NCBI GenBank assembly: GCA_040285825.1
Contig: JAUPSS010000001.1
Span: 2,852,001 to 2,916,000, forward strand
DNA: 64,000 nucleotides
Source: Eukaryota sp. TZLM1-RC
Lineage: Eukaryota; Protista; Metamonada: BaSk clade
Reading direction: 5' to 3'
Shown here: in pieces, positions 35,005-47,689 of the stretch
Layout of the letters: every line of letters begins with the position of its first letter
How positions within the stretch are numbered: position 1 is the first letter of the stretch
Made by a program: the position numbers and the translations under genes
Notes under the pieces: generated by a model
Databases searched by the model: none
Seen by the model: the letters and a program-made list of their open reading frames with translations, nothing else
What the model was told of the DNA's origin: nothing

Positions 35005-36539
35005 AATTTTTATATTTTAAAAAATATTTTATTTTTATATATAAGCAATAAGGTTTTTGAACGACGAACATACATTGTTTTTAGTGATGGGTAATAAGTT
35101 ATTTGTGAATTTAAATGAAATTTGTGTACTTCTTGAAGCTGAAATGTTTTCTGGTGAAGAAACTTTGTTTTATAGATTTCTAACATTGTTGTTGTAGACC
35201 TGTTTGAAATTTTACTTGAGTTTCATACCCCATCACATGACCCCAATTCACCCCAGTTTTTTACAAGTTGAAGTGGAGTTAACCTAAAATGATATTTCAC
35301 GAGTAAGTTCATGTTTTGCTACTTGACTCTAAACCCAAAATAATCTTCCCTATTGAAAAGTGACAAAAATAAGTATCGGTTGAATGCTTGAAATTAAATC
35401 AAAGACTTTATTGAAACAAATAGGCAAGTTTGGTGATCTGATTCTCAAACAGTGCCGTGGTGGAAGTACCTAAGGAATATGTTGACTTTTGGGGAACAGC
35501 TAAGACAAACTTCTCGTAGTGAAGACTCCTTGCCTTCAATGGAAAACTGTTTCAATTCAAAGGATTTCGTAATTTCTTTTTAAAATTTGTTGCAGGTTCA
35601 GCGTTCTCAACATTGATGGTAAGAGGGGTACAGTGATAATTGTGAAGAAATAGCCCTCGTAAAAATAAATAAATTTGGGGTAACGCTTTGAGAATGTTCT
35701 ATTTTAGAATGGTGTAAAGGATTGTCATTTGGATTCATCCATATTTACATATTCAGTTCCAGATGGTTTTAAATTCCAGGAAACCAATAAACTCTTTTCA
35801 AGTAACTTTTCACAGCTGAGGTTCATCTATCAGAATGTACGAATTCATGATGACCAGAATTGGTTGTAATTTGGAAAATTTGTTTCGTCTATATTGGATT
35901 TAATTTCAATAAATTGTACAACAAACTTAAAAACTCATCTTCATATCCAAATCAGCCAAAAAGAATTGATTGAGAATTTCTCTAATAAAAACGACCAGGA
36001 GATGACAAAGCAGAAGATGATAAGGGAACAGCACTTTTTAAAATTAAAAATACAATTCCGTTCTGATGATCCAAAGTTTTAAATTTAATCATACACTCTG
36101 TTTGTATACTGTTTCACAATTTCAACAATATTAGCTAAGAATGAAAAAGTTAAAGGACGAAAACAGCCATGTAAAGAGAAGGCAAACGGACACGAATGAC
36201 GAAGAAAATGTTGTGACACTCAAGGAAAACAACTTTATGTTTACCAATTTGATATTTCTCAGCAACAGATAGAGGATCCATGTATTTTCACAGAGCTAAA
36301 AGTTTAAAACAACCATTAAATAACCACCATTTAACCAAAAGAATTCAAAGTATCGGCATCAACCAAACGAGAGAGTAATGGTTTTGAATAGGAAACAATG
36401 AATGTACTTAAATTAGAGTTAATATCTCACTCCACCATACACCTTAGATGGAGAAAAAATATAGCGTTTTCAATTAAAAACATTATTTGGAGAAACCTTC
36501 CATCCACATTTTCGCCTATTTTATTTAATTTAATAATTA

Positions 36540-37140
36540 TTAATTTAATTACGTTCTCAGGCCAAATAAAACAGCGCAAACGCATTGTTTATCAAAAAAT
36601 AGTAGCATCTAAAAGTAAATCAAAGCTTTGAAGAATTTGAGCAATAAAACACGAAGAGGAACGTTTTGGGCATCTAACAAAAATTAGCGAAATCGGGATT
36701 ATTATTTTTGTCTGAGTGGAGACGAACAATAAAATCCATGCCTTCACAAAATAATGTTAATTATTGGTGCAATTTTTTAACATCTCAAATTTGTTGTATT
36801 TCTAGGTGTTGTTTCCTGTAAATTGACGGGAAGAACATTTACTCCAAATTTCAGAGGGCAAACAATCAAGAGCAATTTTAAGGTTTCCTAAGTAGTAATT
36901 TTTCAAATTCAGTCAAGACATGTCACTTGGAAAAAAATTGCGGTTCCAAAATTCAAAAACAAAGTTTGTCTTTTACACCAAGAAAAGCAGCCTTACACAG
37001 AATGAAAATTTTGGTGAAATTAATACTATCAAAGTCAGTGCAACCCCAGAACACATTCAATTCTAATATGGAGAAGGAGAATTTGGATTGACAACGACCT
37101 TTCAACAACAAAAATACTAACACACATTCGTTTATGTTGA
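36540..37140 (-). mobile_element. Old CRE-like retrotransposon fragment
   Basis: LCKAAFLG and SCFIAQI..MRLRCFIWP correspond to LCKAAFIG and SCLISLI..RMRCFLWP of the 60819 copy. Confidence 0.6.
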
Positions 37141-37184
37141 TCAATTGAGATTTATTGTTGAACTATTTGTACTTTCATCTACTA

Positions 37185-39308
37185 CACCCTTTACCTTAAT
37201 TACTGTGAGTGCCAAATTAATGTCACTCTCATTAATTTAGGTGTGGTGAAATTTGAGGATGTAATGACATTAATTTGGAACAGGTAAATGTGTTACCTTT
37301 TTCTTTGGTAAGTTTTCGTTTTTATACTGTTGTAGTACAATTTTTGATAAAATTTAGGGATAAATTCATTTTCCACATTTTTCTTCAAAATGGAGCAAAA
37401 TCCACACACTTCCATCAAAAGACTTCACAATCCACACAGAAACTCCAAAAACATCAATATCCACACAATGTTGTTTATTAGCTATTCTTTATCTTTGTTG
37501 GGACATCCTCTTGCGTTATGTCCTTCGACACCACACACTTTACATGTGTACTTGCGTCGTTGTTTGGGCGCTGGTTCAACTGCATCAGTAAACTTCTCGC
37601 TACGGCTGTTGGGTCCTCTTGGTTCATTACTTCTCCTCTTCCTAACGACTCCTGGTCTTCCTGCTCGCGGTGTAGGAATTGGAGGTTAAGTTAGTATATC
37701 TGATTCGATCTTGTCTTCTAGCGTCTGCTTCACAACCGAATGAAGTTTTATGTTGTCCACTGAGAGTATTCTTCCACTGTAAGTTTTGAGAAATCTCTGT
37801 GTTGAATGAAGTTCAGAACACAATTCAACACCTCTACTTCCTTTTGCTGAAAGAAGTACGAGTAAATGCACACACGGAATCCCTTCTTTTCCAAAGCTCC
37901 ACATGAGCATTCGTTGGAATCCACATTGACAGTAAATACAGTGCCGTTCTCTCTCACTTCAAATTTAGCTTGGTCCAATTCCACAGCTTTTAAATCTCGA
38001 GATTGTAATAGTCTCTGTTTTCAGAATATCATTTGCTCTGCAGACAATAGTTGATAATAAGTTTCGTGCTTCTTTTCTTCTCGTAATAAACCATCTCGCC
38101 AACATTGACCTAATCGATTCAAACATATGTACAATTGGAAGCTGACGAGCTTCTGCAATGCACGCATTTACACATTCAACTATGTTGCTGGTAACATGAC
38201 CACATCTGTTCCCTGGAAACACCAAGATATTGAGTCTTAGCTATGATTTTGAACGGACATTCGGCAGTAGGACACCTCACCTCATACCGCGTTTTGTTAT
38301 TGTTGGGAGCAACTGTGAATTCCTTGTTGTATTGAAGTGCAAGTTGATGTAAGAAGGTCTGTAAGTCCAATCTCGACTCAAACGTCTTGTGTTCTGTTGC
38401 CACCAATGTTGCATCGTTCCTAAGACGTTTAAGATCAATGTTCATAGGAAATGTGGATTGTGTTGTGAATCTATGAAAGTGTGTGGATTTTGTTTTGCAA
38501 GTGTGGATTTTGTTTTATCTTTGAAAAACGTGTGGATTTTGGAGTTTTTCCTAAAATTTATCCATATTTTTCAGTTCTTGTCTTAATTTGTTCTCTTATA
38601 GGCAATTCGGATCACCAATTCAAGCTTCATTCGCTTTGACCTTGTCAACTATTCACACAGGACAATAACCAAACCAGCTGATTGGTTTGTTATCGAAAAA
38701 GTTAATGAAGTTTCGACAACGGAATGAGAGCCAAAAAGTTGCGAATGATTACTGACCAAAGGTGGGCTAAATCTGGAATGCTCAAAAAGCCTGGTAAGCG
38801 ATATTTGTTGAACCTAGCAGCAACAACTATGAAAAAAGTCAACAAAATCCGAAATGAAGACGGTTTGGAATACGCAAGAATGGCCATATGTTGGCTCAGA
38901 GCCATATTAAGTTAGTGTTCACAACTATCACGTGATGCCACGTCAACAGTGATTCAATTAGATTCTTGTAGTTTTCCTTTTGTTTTTATTCTCCTCCGGT
39001 GTGATAAACCTCTTGTTTTATTTGTCTGTTTATACAAGGATCCAATGCTAGCGAACCCAACACATGATTCGTTGTGGACTTGCACTCATTGTTGCGGGTC
39101 GTTGGGAAGTTTGTCAACTGTCGTATGGTTGTAAAAGATTGTTCGATTAAACAAAGACCACTTTGAAGGTAAACCAGTAGAAAATTAGTTATTTGGATAT
39201 TAGTTCAGTAATAATTTAGTCTATAAAGTTGGTGACATTAATTTGAACACACCTTAATCAATGTCAGTTCCAAATTAATGTGCGTGACATTAATTAAGGT
39301 AAACGGTG
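37185..39308 (+). mobile_element. TA-flanked TIR DNA transposon relic (Tc1/pogo-like)
   Basis: Termini TA-cacc(c/g)tttaccttaatta are inverted, with repeated aattaatgtca subterminal motifs. Residual coding KPADWFVI..KPGKRYLLNLAA..GLEYARMA lies at 38650-38915. Confidence 0.7.
37357..38551 (-). mobile_element. Mutator/MULE non-autonomous deletion derivative nested in the TA-TIR element
   Basis: 9-bp TSD taaaattta (37348-37356 and 38552-38560) and imperfect GG..CC TIRs rich in aaaatccacac. Retains the MuDR-type N-domain, TSNIVECVN..ARQLPI, SWIM (CSC..IPCVH) and a CCHC knuckle; the DDE core is missing. Confidence 0.88.
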
Positions 39309-39680
39309 TAATTTTTTGAATATTCCTGCAGAGTTACTGGTCGAACAATAATTGCATTTTTTGAGAATAATTTGAAATTCAATTGGGCAATAAATGTCAA
39401 TCGTTTGATTAATGTCTAGATACAGATTTTGCGATCATCACGGTTACTTGAGTTCTCTGTCTAGATTTGTAAAATTTCTGTATTGATTTACGTCTTTCTT
39501 GTGTGAATGTAATATGTGAGGCACACTTAAGACATTAGACATTGTTGATATTCAATAGAATGGATGTTGCAGAACTTACACAACTAAACTTCCAAATTTA
39601 ATTTTGTGAATTTGAGTAAGTTTTGCAAAGCTTTGCTATAGCACAAATCAATACTTACAATTTATACACACATAAATAAG

Positions 39681-42600
39681 CTACAATACTAACTGACGCC
39701 ATTCATTGTACCTGTCTTCCACATCTTCCATGCCGATTAAATCACCATCTCCACACAACATAATAGTATCATCTTCTAAAATGACAGCTGAATTCCTGTC
39801 ACTGGCACAAATAGCTTGAGCAGGCTTTGGTAGTGAAGCTTTGACAGGTTCTTCAGAACCATCAATTCCCTTTCCTCCAAGTTGTCCATAATAATTCATT
39901 CCAAAAACAGACACAGAACCATCTTGGTGGAGGGCTAGAGAGTGGCCACTTCCTGAAGCAATATCAACAATGTTTTCAAGGGCCTCTACTTTGATTGGTT
40001 CAATTGTGTTACCATAATTATCATTGCCAAGTTTTCCACCTGACTGGGAACCAAGGCCATAAACACTTCCATCACTTTTGAGCACCAACAAGAAACCATC
40101 ACCAGCAGCAACTGATTTGACATCAGAAATGGGGATTTTGATGGGTGTGTTGTAAGATGAAAGCTTGTCAGTACCAAGTAGACCTGATTGGTTCTCTCCC
40201 CATCCGTACAACTCACCATCAACAGTGATAGCAAAGGAATTTTGTTTCGTTGCATGAACTGCTGCAATTCGTTCAGGAATGCCTACATGGACAGCAGACT
40301 CCCTCCAAGTGTTAGACCCATCTCCAAGCTGACCCTCTTCCCCAATACCAAAGGAAAACACTTTACCGTCTTTGCGAAGGAGGAGTACATGAGATTCACC
40401 AACAGAAAGTGAATGGATATGGTCTAATTGGAAAACATCTCTGACAAGATTCTGGCGAGGAGAGTCTGTGGAAAAGCGGCCGACAACAAACATTTCATCT
40501 TTTTCAGTAATCACAACACCGGAAGCATGTCCAAAATCAACAATTTTCAACGGATTTTCAGCGATGGGAATATTCTCCACATTATAAGCACCATCAATGT
40601 GGGGCGATGGTTCATGATGTTCCATGTTTTCAATGACGACAGGCGTTTTGCTCCCCTCACATCGGTAGTCGCTCGCGAATGGAGATGGTAAATATTGTTT
40701 ACCCCACATTCGTAGAGTTTCATTATCATAGTAATAACCCCATTGATTAGAGATTCCAAACTGGAAAGTAGGTTTCTCAAGCGGCGGGAGTTCGAAATCA
40801 CCCAGTTCAGGAAGCTCACCTGGTTTGGGTAATTCTTTGGGGGGCTCATTATCGAGTAAATTAACTCCAATAGCTTTAAACACGGCAGAATTGCCGAAAG
40901 ATCCATCGCCCAATTGTCCATTGTGGTTTGCCCCAGTAGCGTAGACCTGACCATCAGCTTTCACCAGAATGGAAGAAGAGTAACCAGCAGCAACATACTT
41001 GATATCAGAAATGTCAACCTTGACGGGATGATCACGATGAGAATGGTCACCTAGACCCAGCTGACCTTTATCATTACGACCCATGGCAAATAGATTACCG
41101 TCATTATCAACAAACATAGCGTGTGAAGGACTACAGTCCATGTAAACAATATTGTTGAGTTCTGGCACAAAAACAGGGGTTGTGACTGAGCTACTTGTAT
41201 AACAAACAGTTCCATCTTTGAGCAAGAAGAAAGCTTTTGCGTGGGATGCTGAGATGAAAGCAACGTTATCAAGAAATTTGGCTTTGCAAGGGGTCTTCAA
41301 TGCATCTTCATTGTCCCCATTACCAAAGAGTCCTCCATTCTTACCAAAGAACTCCACCGTTCCGTCCTTCTTAAGGACAATTAATGTTTTGTCACAACAT
41401 GCAAAATGAACGACCTCTCTGAACTCTTCTAATTCAACGGCTGTCGGATTATTCTGGGGAAAAGAATCATTTCTGAATTTACCCCACAGCATGAGTTTTT
41501 GGTCATCAAGTAAAGCCACAGAGAAATCCGACTCACCATTGACATAGGTAGTGGAAGAAAGTCCATTTAGTTTAGATGGTGGTCCATTAAAGCCTAAATC
41601 TTCACCATTTGAATCTGCCATTTTTCGCAAATTGTAACCCCATCCAAAGGCTTGACCACTGTGATCAATTGCAAAAACAGTGAAAGGAGAAGCTGAGACA
41701 GAGGATATGAACGGGTTTTCAGGAAGATCAACTTTGATTGGAACACCAGAATTCGTGGAAGTTCCTTTTGCGGGGAAGCTCAACTCTCCCCGGCTACCAT
41801 AGCCAAAGACATAGACAGAGCCATCAGGTTTAACAAACACAGTGGAATGAAAACTATTTGCAATTTTGTTGTAAAAGGAATTAGCTTTAATATCATCAAA
41901 ACTAATACAGTTTTGGTTGGATTCTACATGGTTACTGGTCTCAATAACATGTTCAATAGGAGTGGGCTCTGATTTGATAAAAGAGGAAATCTTGATGGGA
42001 GTTTGAGCAATGCGTTCTGAAAGAGGGAGGTTATCAGTATCAATACCCAACATCTTCTTCTCTCCCCATCCAAACAGACGGCCTTTTTCATCTAGAACGA
42101 TTATTGCTTCATCGACCGGATAAACAGCGCTGATTTTAAAGGGAATACTTGACTTAGTCCAAGGTTTCGTCCATGAATCTGGCCACGTAGTTGCTTGATC
42201 ATCCTTATCAGAAATAAGCATTCTATTCTTGTAGTTTGAACCCGTGCAGAAGAGGTCTCCTTCTAAAGTTACAGCGAATGCGTTTTGTTTGGTCACACAG
42301 ATATCTCTAGTAGGTGGTAAATCTACTTTTGTGATTGGAACAACTTCAGGTCGGCAAGACCCGTCATTTGGCTTGACACCCCACTCATAGACACTTCCAT
42401 CATGTGCAACAGCGAGGAAATAGGCATCATAAACATCAACCTTAGCGATGTCAGAGAGACCATGAACTGGGAATGGAAATGATTTCACGGTGTTGTTTTC
42501 ATGACCAAGGGCTCCTTCCCGGCAAGCACCCCATGTGTAGACTGTTCCGTCAGATGAAACTGCAGCACTAGTGGAATCAGAAGTTGCAATTTGCACAATG

Positions 42601-43109
42601 TTGTTGAGGTAAGGTATGCGTTGAGGCTGTGGGCGTGCATCTCCCAATATACCAGCACCAATGGAATGTTTGTCACTACTGTCAGAGGCGCCGTAGACAT
42701 CAACTGTTCCATCGTTCTTTAGAAAAAGAAATCGGCTATCTGCAATGGCTATATCTTTGACATCTGAGATAGTCTTGAGTAGGGCCGGAGCATCGAGATA
42801 TTCATCATCATCAACATCGTATACTTGTGTCAAGTCCTGTACGTTACGGCCTAGGTTATAGATAAGACCATTGGAAAGTAGGACAAAAACGGTTTGAGAA
42901 GTTCCGTCCACAACTTTAACGTCCTGAAAATGGGGGATCTGCGTTGGTACATGAGGATCACCCTTACGACCTAGATAGCGAGAGGAATAATCGGACCAGG
43001 AATAGCATTTCCCATCTGAATCAACTGCATAAACAACAGAGGATATGTCTGACCCAGCAACACACCTAAAACGAGGAGAACTGAGCTTTGAGAGAAGCTT
43101 TTGAAACAT
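39681..43109 (-). CDS. Large RCC1/BLIP-II repeat protein
   Basis: Many repeats such as DGNLFAMGRNDKGQLGLGD and GSGHSLALHQDGSVSVFGMNYYGQLG. First ATG at 43109. Confidence 0.9.
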   Translation of the reverse strand: MFQKLLSKLSSPRFRCVAGSDISSVVYAVDSDGKCYSWSDYSSRYLGRKGDPHVPTQIPHFQDVKVVDGTSQTVFVLLSNGLIYNLGRNVQDLTQVYDVDDDEYLDAPALLKTISDVKDIAIADSRFLFLKNDGTVDVYGASDSSDKHSIGAGILGDARPQPQRIPYLNNIVQIATSDSTSAAVSSDGTVYTWGACREGALGHENNTVKSFPFPVHGLSDIAKVDVYDAYFLAVAHDGSVYEWGVKPNDGSCRPEVVPITKVDLPPTRDICVTKQNAFAVTLEGDLFCTGSNYKNRMLISDKDDQATTWPDSWTKPWTKSSIPFKISAVYPVDEAIIVLDEKGRLFGWGEKKMLGIDTDNLPLSERIAQTPIKISSFIKSEPTPIEHVIETSNHVESNQNCISFDDIKANSFYNKIANSFHSTVFVKPDGSVYVFGYGSRGELSFPAKGTSTNSGVPIKVDLPENPFISSVSASPFTVFAIDHSGQAFGWGYNLRKMADSNGEDLGFNGPPSKLNGLSSTTYVNGESDFSVALLDDQKLMLWGKFRNDSFPQNNPTAVELEEFREVVHFACCDKTLIVLKKDGTVEFFGKNGGLFGNGDNEDALKTPCKAKFLDNVAFISASHAKAFFLLKDGTVCYTSSSVTTPVFVPELNNIVYMDCSPSHAMFVDNDGNLFAMGRNDKGQLGLGDHSHRDHPVKVDISDIKYVAAGYSSSILVKADGQVYATGANHNGQLGDGSFGNSAVFKAIGVNLLDNEPPKELPKPGELPELGDFELPPLEKPTFQFGISNQWGYYYDNETLRMWGKQYLPSPFASDYRCEGSKTPVVIENMEHHEPSPHIDGAYNVENIPIAENPLKIVDFGHASGVVITEKDEMFVVGRFSTDSPRQNLVRDVFQLDHIHSLSVGESHVLLLRKDGKVFSFGIGEEGQLGDGSNTWRESAVHVGIPERIAAVHATKQNSFAITVDGELYGWGENQSGLLGTDKLSSYNTPIKIPISDVKSVAAGDGFLLVLKSDGSVYGLGSQSGGKLGNDNYGNTIEPIKVEALENIVDIASGSGHSLALHQDGSVSVFGMNYYGQLGGKGIDGSEEPVKASLPKPAQAICASDRNSAVILEDDTIMLCGDGDLIGMEDVEDRYNEWRQLVL

Positions 43110-43667
43110 GTCGAGTCCTGATTGAAAGAAATGACGTTCTTCACTTTCCAAAATCTATTTTTGGCGTCAATTAACAAATTAACAAAGCGGCTTGAAACAA
43201 CACTTAAAAAACTAAAACCCATATTTAGTAGTAGTGCATCAAAAAACATCTTCAACAACCTAACAATTAATAAAATGTTGGAAAGTCAAAAAAGTAGAAG
43301 AACATTCGAATGAAACACTAATACTATTGTCTCTGTGCGATCCATAAGGAGGATAGATGAACGTCAACAATTGCTAATAATGGATCTACAATTGTTCAGC
43401 TGGTACTAATTTCAACAACCAACATTTCCTACATCCTGTCTCTGTGAACTGCTTCAGTACCGAATCATGATTAGATTTCCCATTTGAGTTAGGAATGTGT
43501 AAAATGTAACAAACTATTCCACAGAATAAATAATAAATATCAAATAATAAATAATTAATAATCAATCAGACCCTGCTGATTCTCTCCTCAAGTTGGAATG
43601 AGTGTAAGATCACTCATGGATAATGCGCGGTGGTTTCACTAGGAAGAACATGCGGCAATGAATGTCT

Positions 43668-43905
43668 ATTTTTTATTTTTTATTGATGATTTGGAAAAGC
43701 TTGTAAAAAGAAGAATGAATAAGTGTTTAATCGTATTGTTTTTACTATTTTCAAAGCAATTGCTAAAATAATTTCGAAAGCTCTGATGTCTGTCAGTACA
43801 TAATACGAAGAAATTGCTGTTGTACGGTTTGATGATGTGGAAGTTTGTTTTGAAGATATTGATTTCTAGTTTGTAGTTTTTGAATATAAATTAAAAAGTA
43901 TTTTT
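43668..43905 (+). mobile_element. 5'-truncated CRE-like retrotransposon 3' end (EDIDF family); the rest of its tail lies at 46968-46973
   Basis: Matches 59538-59760. An 11-bp TSD aatgaatgtct lies at 43657-43667 and 46974-46984. Confidence 0.75.
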
Positions 43906-46900
43906 TTTTCTCACTCACTTTCAACGTCCTCCTTTTTCTCAACTTGACGTCCTATTGTCGGTTCGATTGAATTCCTCCAGTCTCCATGTCAGACACTCTC
44001 AGTGATACTGACTGGACTGCAAAAAGTACCGAACGTGATATTGACAAACCAACCTCCTCAACCACCAATCGTTCTCATTCTCCCCACCTGTCATTCCATG
44101 CTGGAAAATCATTGGAAAAAAATTTAAATGAAAATTTTTCTAAACCACGCCGCAAATGTAGTAAATGTCGAAAATCCGGACATAACATTGCAACTTGTCC
44201 GCTTATTCAAAAGGAAAAACTTAATGCTCGTGCTGCAACTGCTGATTTAAATTTTTCGTTATCACACAATCCTGAAAATGAATTTTTAAGTGAGATTCCC
44301 GGTAACACTCCTAACAAAAAAGATCAAAAAGATGAAAAAAAATGTGTTTTTTGTCGAAAGCTTGTTGCTGTTAATGATTCCGGTCGACCTTTACTTTTTT
44401 GTGATTCTTGTGTTGCTGCTGATCAGCTACGTTGTCCCATTCGTGTTCCTGCTCAGCTTAGTCCGTTGGCTTCGATACCTTTTGCTGTTGTTCTTCGTGC
44501 CTTTACTGAAAATCTCCGTAAAGGATTATGGGATGTTACGCCTATTTGGAAATTTTTTCTGAAAAAAGATAAAAAACTTTTATCGAAAAAATCAAATTTT
44601 AAAAAAAAATGTTTTTTCGAAAAAAAAATTAGTGAGAAAATTAGCTTTAAAAGGACGTTTTGGATCTGCAAAACAATGTCTATTCTCTTCTGATTTAGCT
44701 GAATGTAATGAGAGCACATTGTTCCAATTGAATCATCTTCATCCAGAACAAAATTTTCATTGTACTAAACCAGATTCAGTTGATTATTGGCTGCAAAATC
44801 CTGTCAATGCTTCTGAGGTATTGAAACTGATTCAGCAAATGCCTACTGGAAAAGCTCCTGGGCCATCTTTGTTGAATTTTGACATGATCAAATCAGCTGT
44901 TGGACAGTGTCCTGAAATTGCTGATGATCTTGTTCTTTTTTTCAACAATCTTCTTACGTTAAAAATTAAAGTCCCTTTTGAGCTGACCAGTGCTCGCTTA
45001 ATTGCCCTTAAAAAAAGTCAATCCAAAATCCGTCCAATTGCAATTGGAGAATCGTTTTCAAGAATTCTTGCGTCTCTTGTTTTCAATAGAATTGGGAAAA
45101 AAGCCATATTCATTTTATGGAAAATCATCCACATTGGTCTATGAAAACTTTGACCTGCTTTCGTCTTCAGGTGTTAAACAAGGTGATCCACTTGGTTTTT
45201 TTTTCTTTTGTCTGGCAATTCATCCATTAATGTGCGAATTGAAAGAAAAATTCCCAAAAATAGATATTGTAGCATATATGGATGACATTTCTGTAATTGC
45301 TCCTATTACAATTCTGAAACAAATAGCAACTTTTATTCAACAGCGTTATGAAGATATTGGTCTCTCATTGAATATCTCCAAATGATTGATTATTGGCCAT
45401 GAACCAATCAATTTTTTCATTAATGATGTCAATGTCCCCTTTATCAATTATGATCAGTCTGGTTTTCGTTTTTTGGGTTGTTATCTCGGAAATATTGATG
45501 AAGTTAAAAGCCAACTTTCGACTCTGTTGACTCAATTTGGAAATGAATTAGAATCAATAGAAAATTTAAATATTGAGAAACATTTGAAATTCTTTTTCCT
45601 AAAAATCTGTTATTCTGGAAAATTTACTCATATTTTGAGATCAACATCACCATCAATTTCTTTGGAGTTTTGTCGCATTTTTAATGAACAAAGAACTAAT
45701 TTTTTAGCAAAATCATTGGAAATTGATGCATCTCAGTTACGAAGCCACATTTTTTGTGGTACAAATTTTGGTGGTGTTGATTTTCATAAGTCAAGCTACC
45801 TTTGTAAAGCTGCCTTTATTGGAGGCGGAAAGAGTTTTATTTATGAATTTGTGAATCGTTTTCCTGAAAAAATTCATCTCATTGAAAATTGTGGCAGCTC
45901 TTATCTTATTTCTTTGCAACAAGAAATTGAAACTCTTTTACCCAATATTTGGTCTAAATGTTTCCCCTCTGATATTGTGGAACTTCCTCCAAGAAGCTTG
46001 CTCTCCTTACCACTGACTTTTGCAAAATTGCAGAAAAAAATCTTGAAAGTTTTAGAAAACTTGGATTATATTGTACGTCTTAGCTTGGCTAAGGAAAAAA
46101 ATCCCGTTTTTGCAAACTTTTTGATTGATCTTGAAGACAGTTGCTCAAGTTGCTTAATCTCCCAAATTCCCAACATTTATGGCCTTCTACTTAATGATCA
46201 CCAATGGACCACTGCAATGAGAATGAGATGTTTTCTATGGCCTTGTTCATTACCAAATGATTTAATTTGCCGCTGCAAGAGTGTTGTTTCCCATATTTTA
46301 AACTGTAAGTATTTTATAACTTATCGCTCAATTGTTCATGACTCAGTTCGTGATCAATTATATGCCATGAGCAAAAGGCTCAATATAGAGGCATTTATTG
46401 AGCCATTAGTATGTAAGCTGTCTTCAAATCAAACTGATGATTCCTTTGGTAAAAGAAGGGTAGATTTAGTAGCTCCAGGGATCGATGGTGTTCTCAATGT
46501 TGTAGATGTTGTCTCAGTTGATGTTTGCAAAAATTCTGCTGCTCGTTTAGTGTATTCCGCTGATTCGCCGTTATCTAACGCCGAAAAAATGAAGATAAAA
46601 AATATGAAGAACCTTTGGCACAGTTAGGTTAGTGGAACATGTGAAATATCAGTTTGTACTGTTTGCAATTTCTCTTTTTGGCAATATTGGACCTGCAGGG
46701 TTGCACTTTTTTGAAAATTTCAAAAAGTGTTACTGAATAGGTCTGGTAAAACAATGAATTCCACTTTCTGGTTAAATAGAATTGTTTTTTGCATTTTCAA
46801 GTCTATTCCAACAATGATTTCAAAGGCTCTTTTAGCTATTGGTGTAGAACATGAACGTAATGCTGTGAGTAGGTTCAGTAATAGTGACGCTTGTTTGGAG

Positions 46901-46954
46901 GATATTGAATTCTAGATGGGTTTTTTTATCTCAATAAATATTTCATTATCAAAA
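43906..46954 (+). mobile_element. CRE-like non-LTR retrotransposon, full span but disrupted (CCHC knuckle, RT, RLE)
   Basis: Motifs CSKCRKSGHNIATC, GKAPGPS, RPIAIGE, GVKQGDPLG, AYMDD, HDSVRD and RRVDL; A-tail; 13-bp TSD aaaaagtattttt (43893-43905 and 46955-46967). Confidence 0.92.
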
Positions 46955-47173
46955 AAAAAGTATTTTTAAAAAAAATGAATGTCTTTTTCTAATCAGATAA
47001 TTTACAAACAAGATCGTTTGTAGCTTCGCACGTTTAATTCATCAAGGAATAGTCCAACTCTAATTCAAAATTAACTTTCAATGTAAACTCTCAACATTGT
47101 AGAGAGTATCACTAACAAGGCTATCTGTTTATGTTGATATTGTACACTTTTATACCACCCTAATACACTTACC

Positions 47174-47533
47174 ATGTCCAAGAAGTCTGATTCTATCATT
47201 GATGCACGTAGAGATCGCCGTCGTGAAAGACACCACACCGAGCACATAGGAAGATGGTTTAGATATGGTCCAAATGAACAGCTTCCCCATCAAATGGGGA
47301 CATCTGGAAGGAATGGGTGCTTCTATGATGAGGATACTCGTGAGATTTTACGCTTCAGATCTCCTGAAGAAACCGGTTACAAGTTTGTTGGTCCCAAGGA
47401 AAGAGTTGGTGGAAAAATAGCTGGTCCAAAGGGAGGAGATTTCAACACCAAAACGGGGGAGCTAGAGGAGCCTCGTCAGCCCAGTGATTCATTCTACTCT
47501 GACAAAACATATGATGTTCAATATGATGCTTAA
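47174..47533 (+). CDS. Hypothetical protein (119 aa)
   Basis: ATG-initiated ORF with coding-like GC between AT-rich flanks; no family recognised. Confidence 0.7.
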   Translation: MSKKSDSIIDARRDRRRERHHTEHIGRWFRYGPNEQLPHQMGTSGRNGCFYDEDTREILRFRSPEETGYKFVGPKERVGGKIAGPKGGDFNTKTGELEEPRQPSDSFYSDKTYDVQYDA

Positions 47534-47689
47534 AACGATAATAAAAACACAAACTTTATAAAAATTGCAAAGAAAAACACCAAAAACAAACAAATAATCT
47601 TAAATCAATAACCTAAAACTTCAAGCTACAGGCCAGTTTTCTCAGTCCTAGCGCTAAACCCCGTAGAGAACCAAGTTAATTCTACAAAA

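Noticed and set aside
45380-45390. In-frame TGA in a retroelement as evidence for UGA=Trp
   Set aside because: The aligned codon in sister copies is Cys (TGT), and the copy has other lesions.
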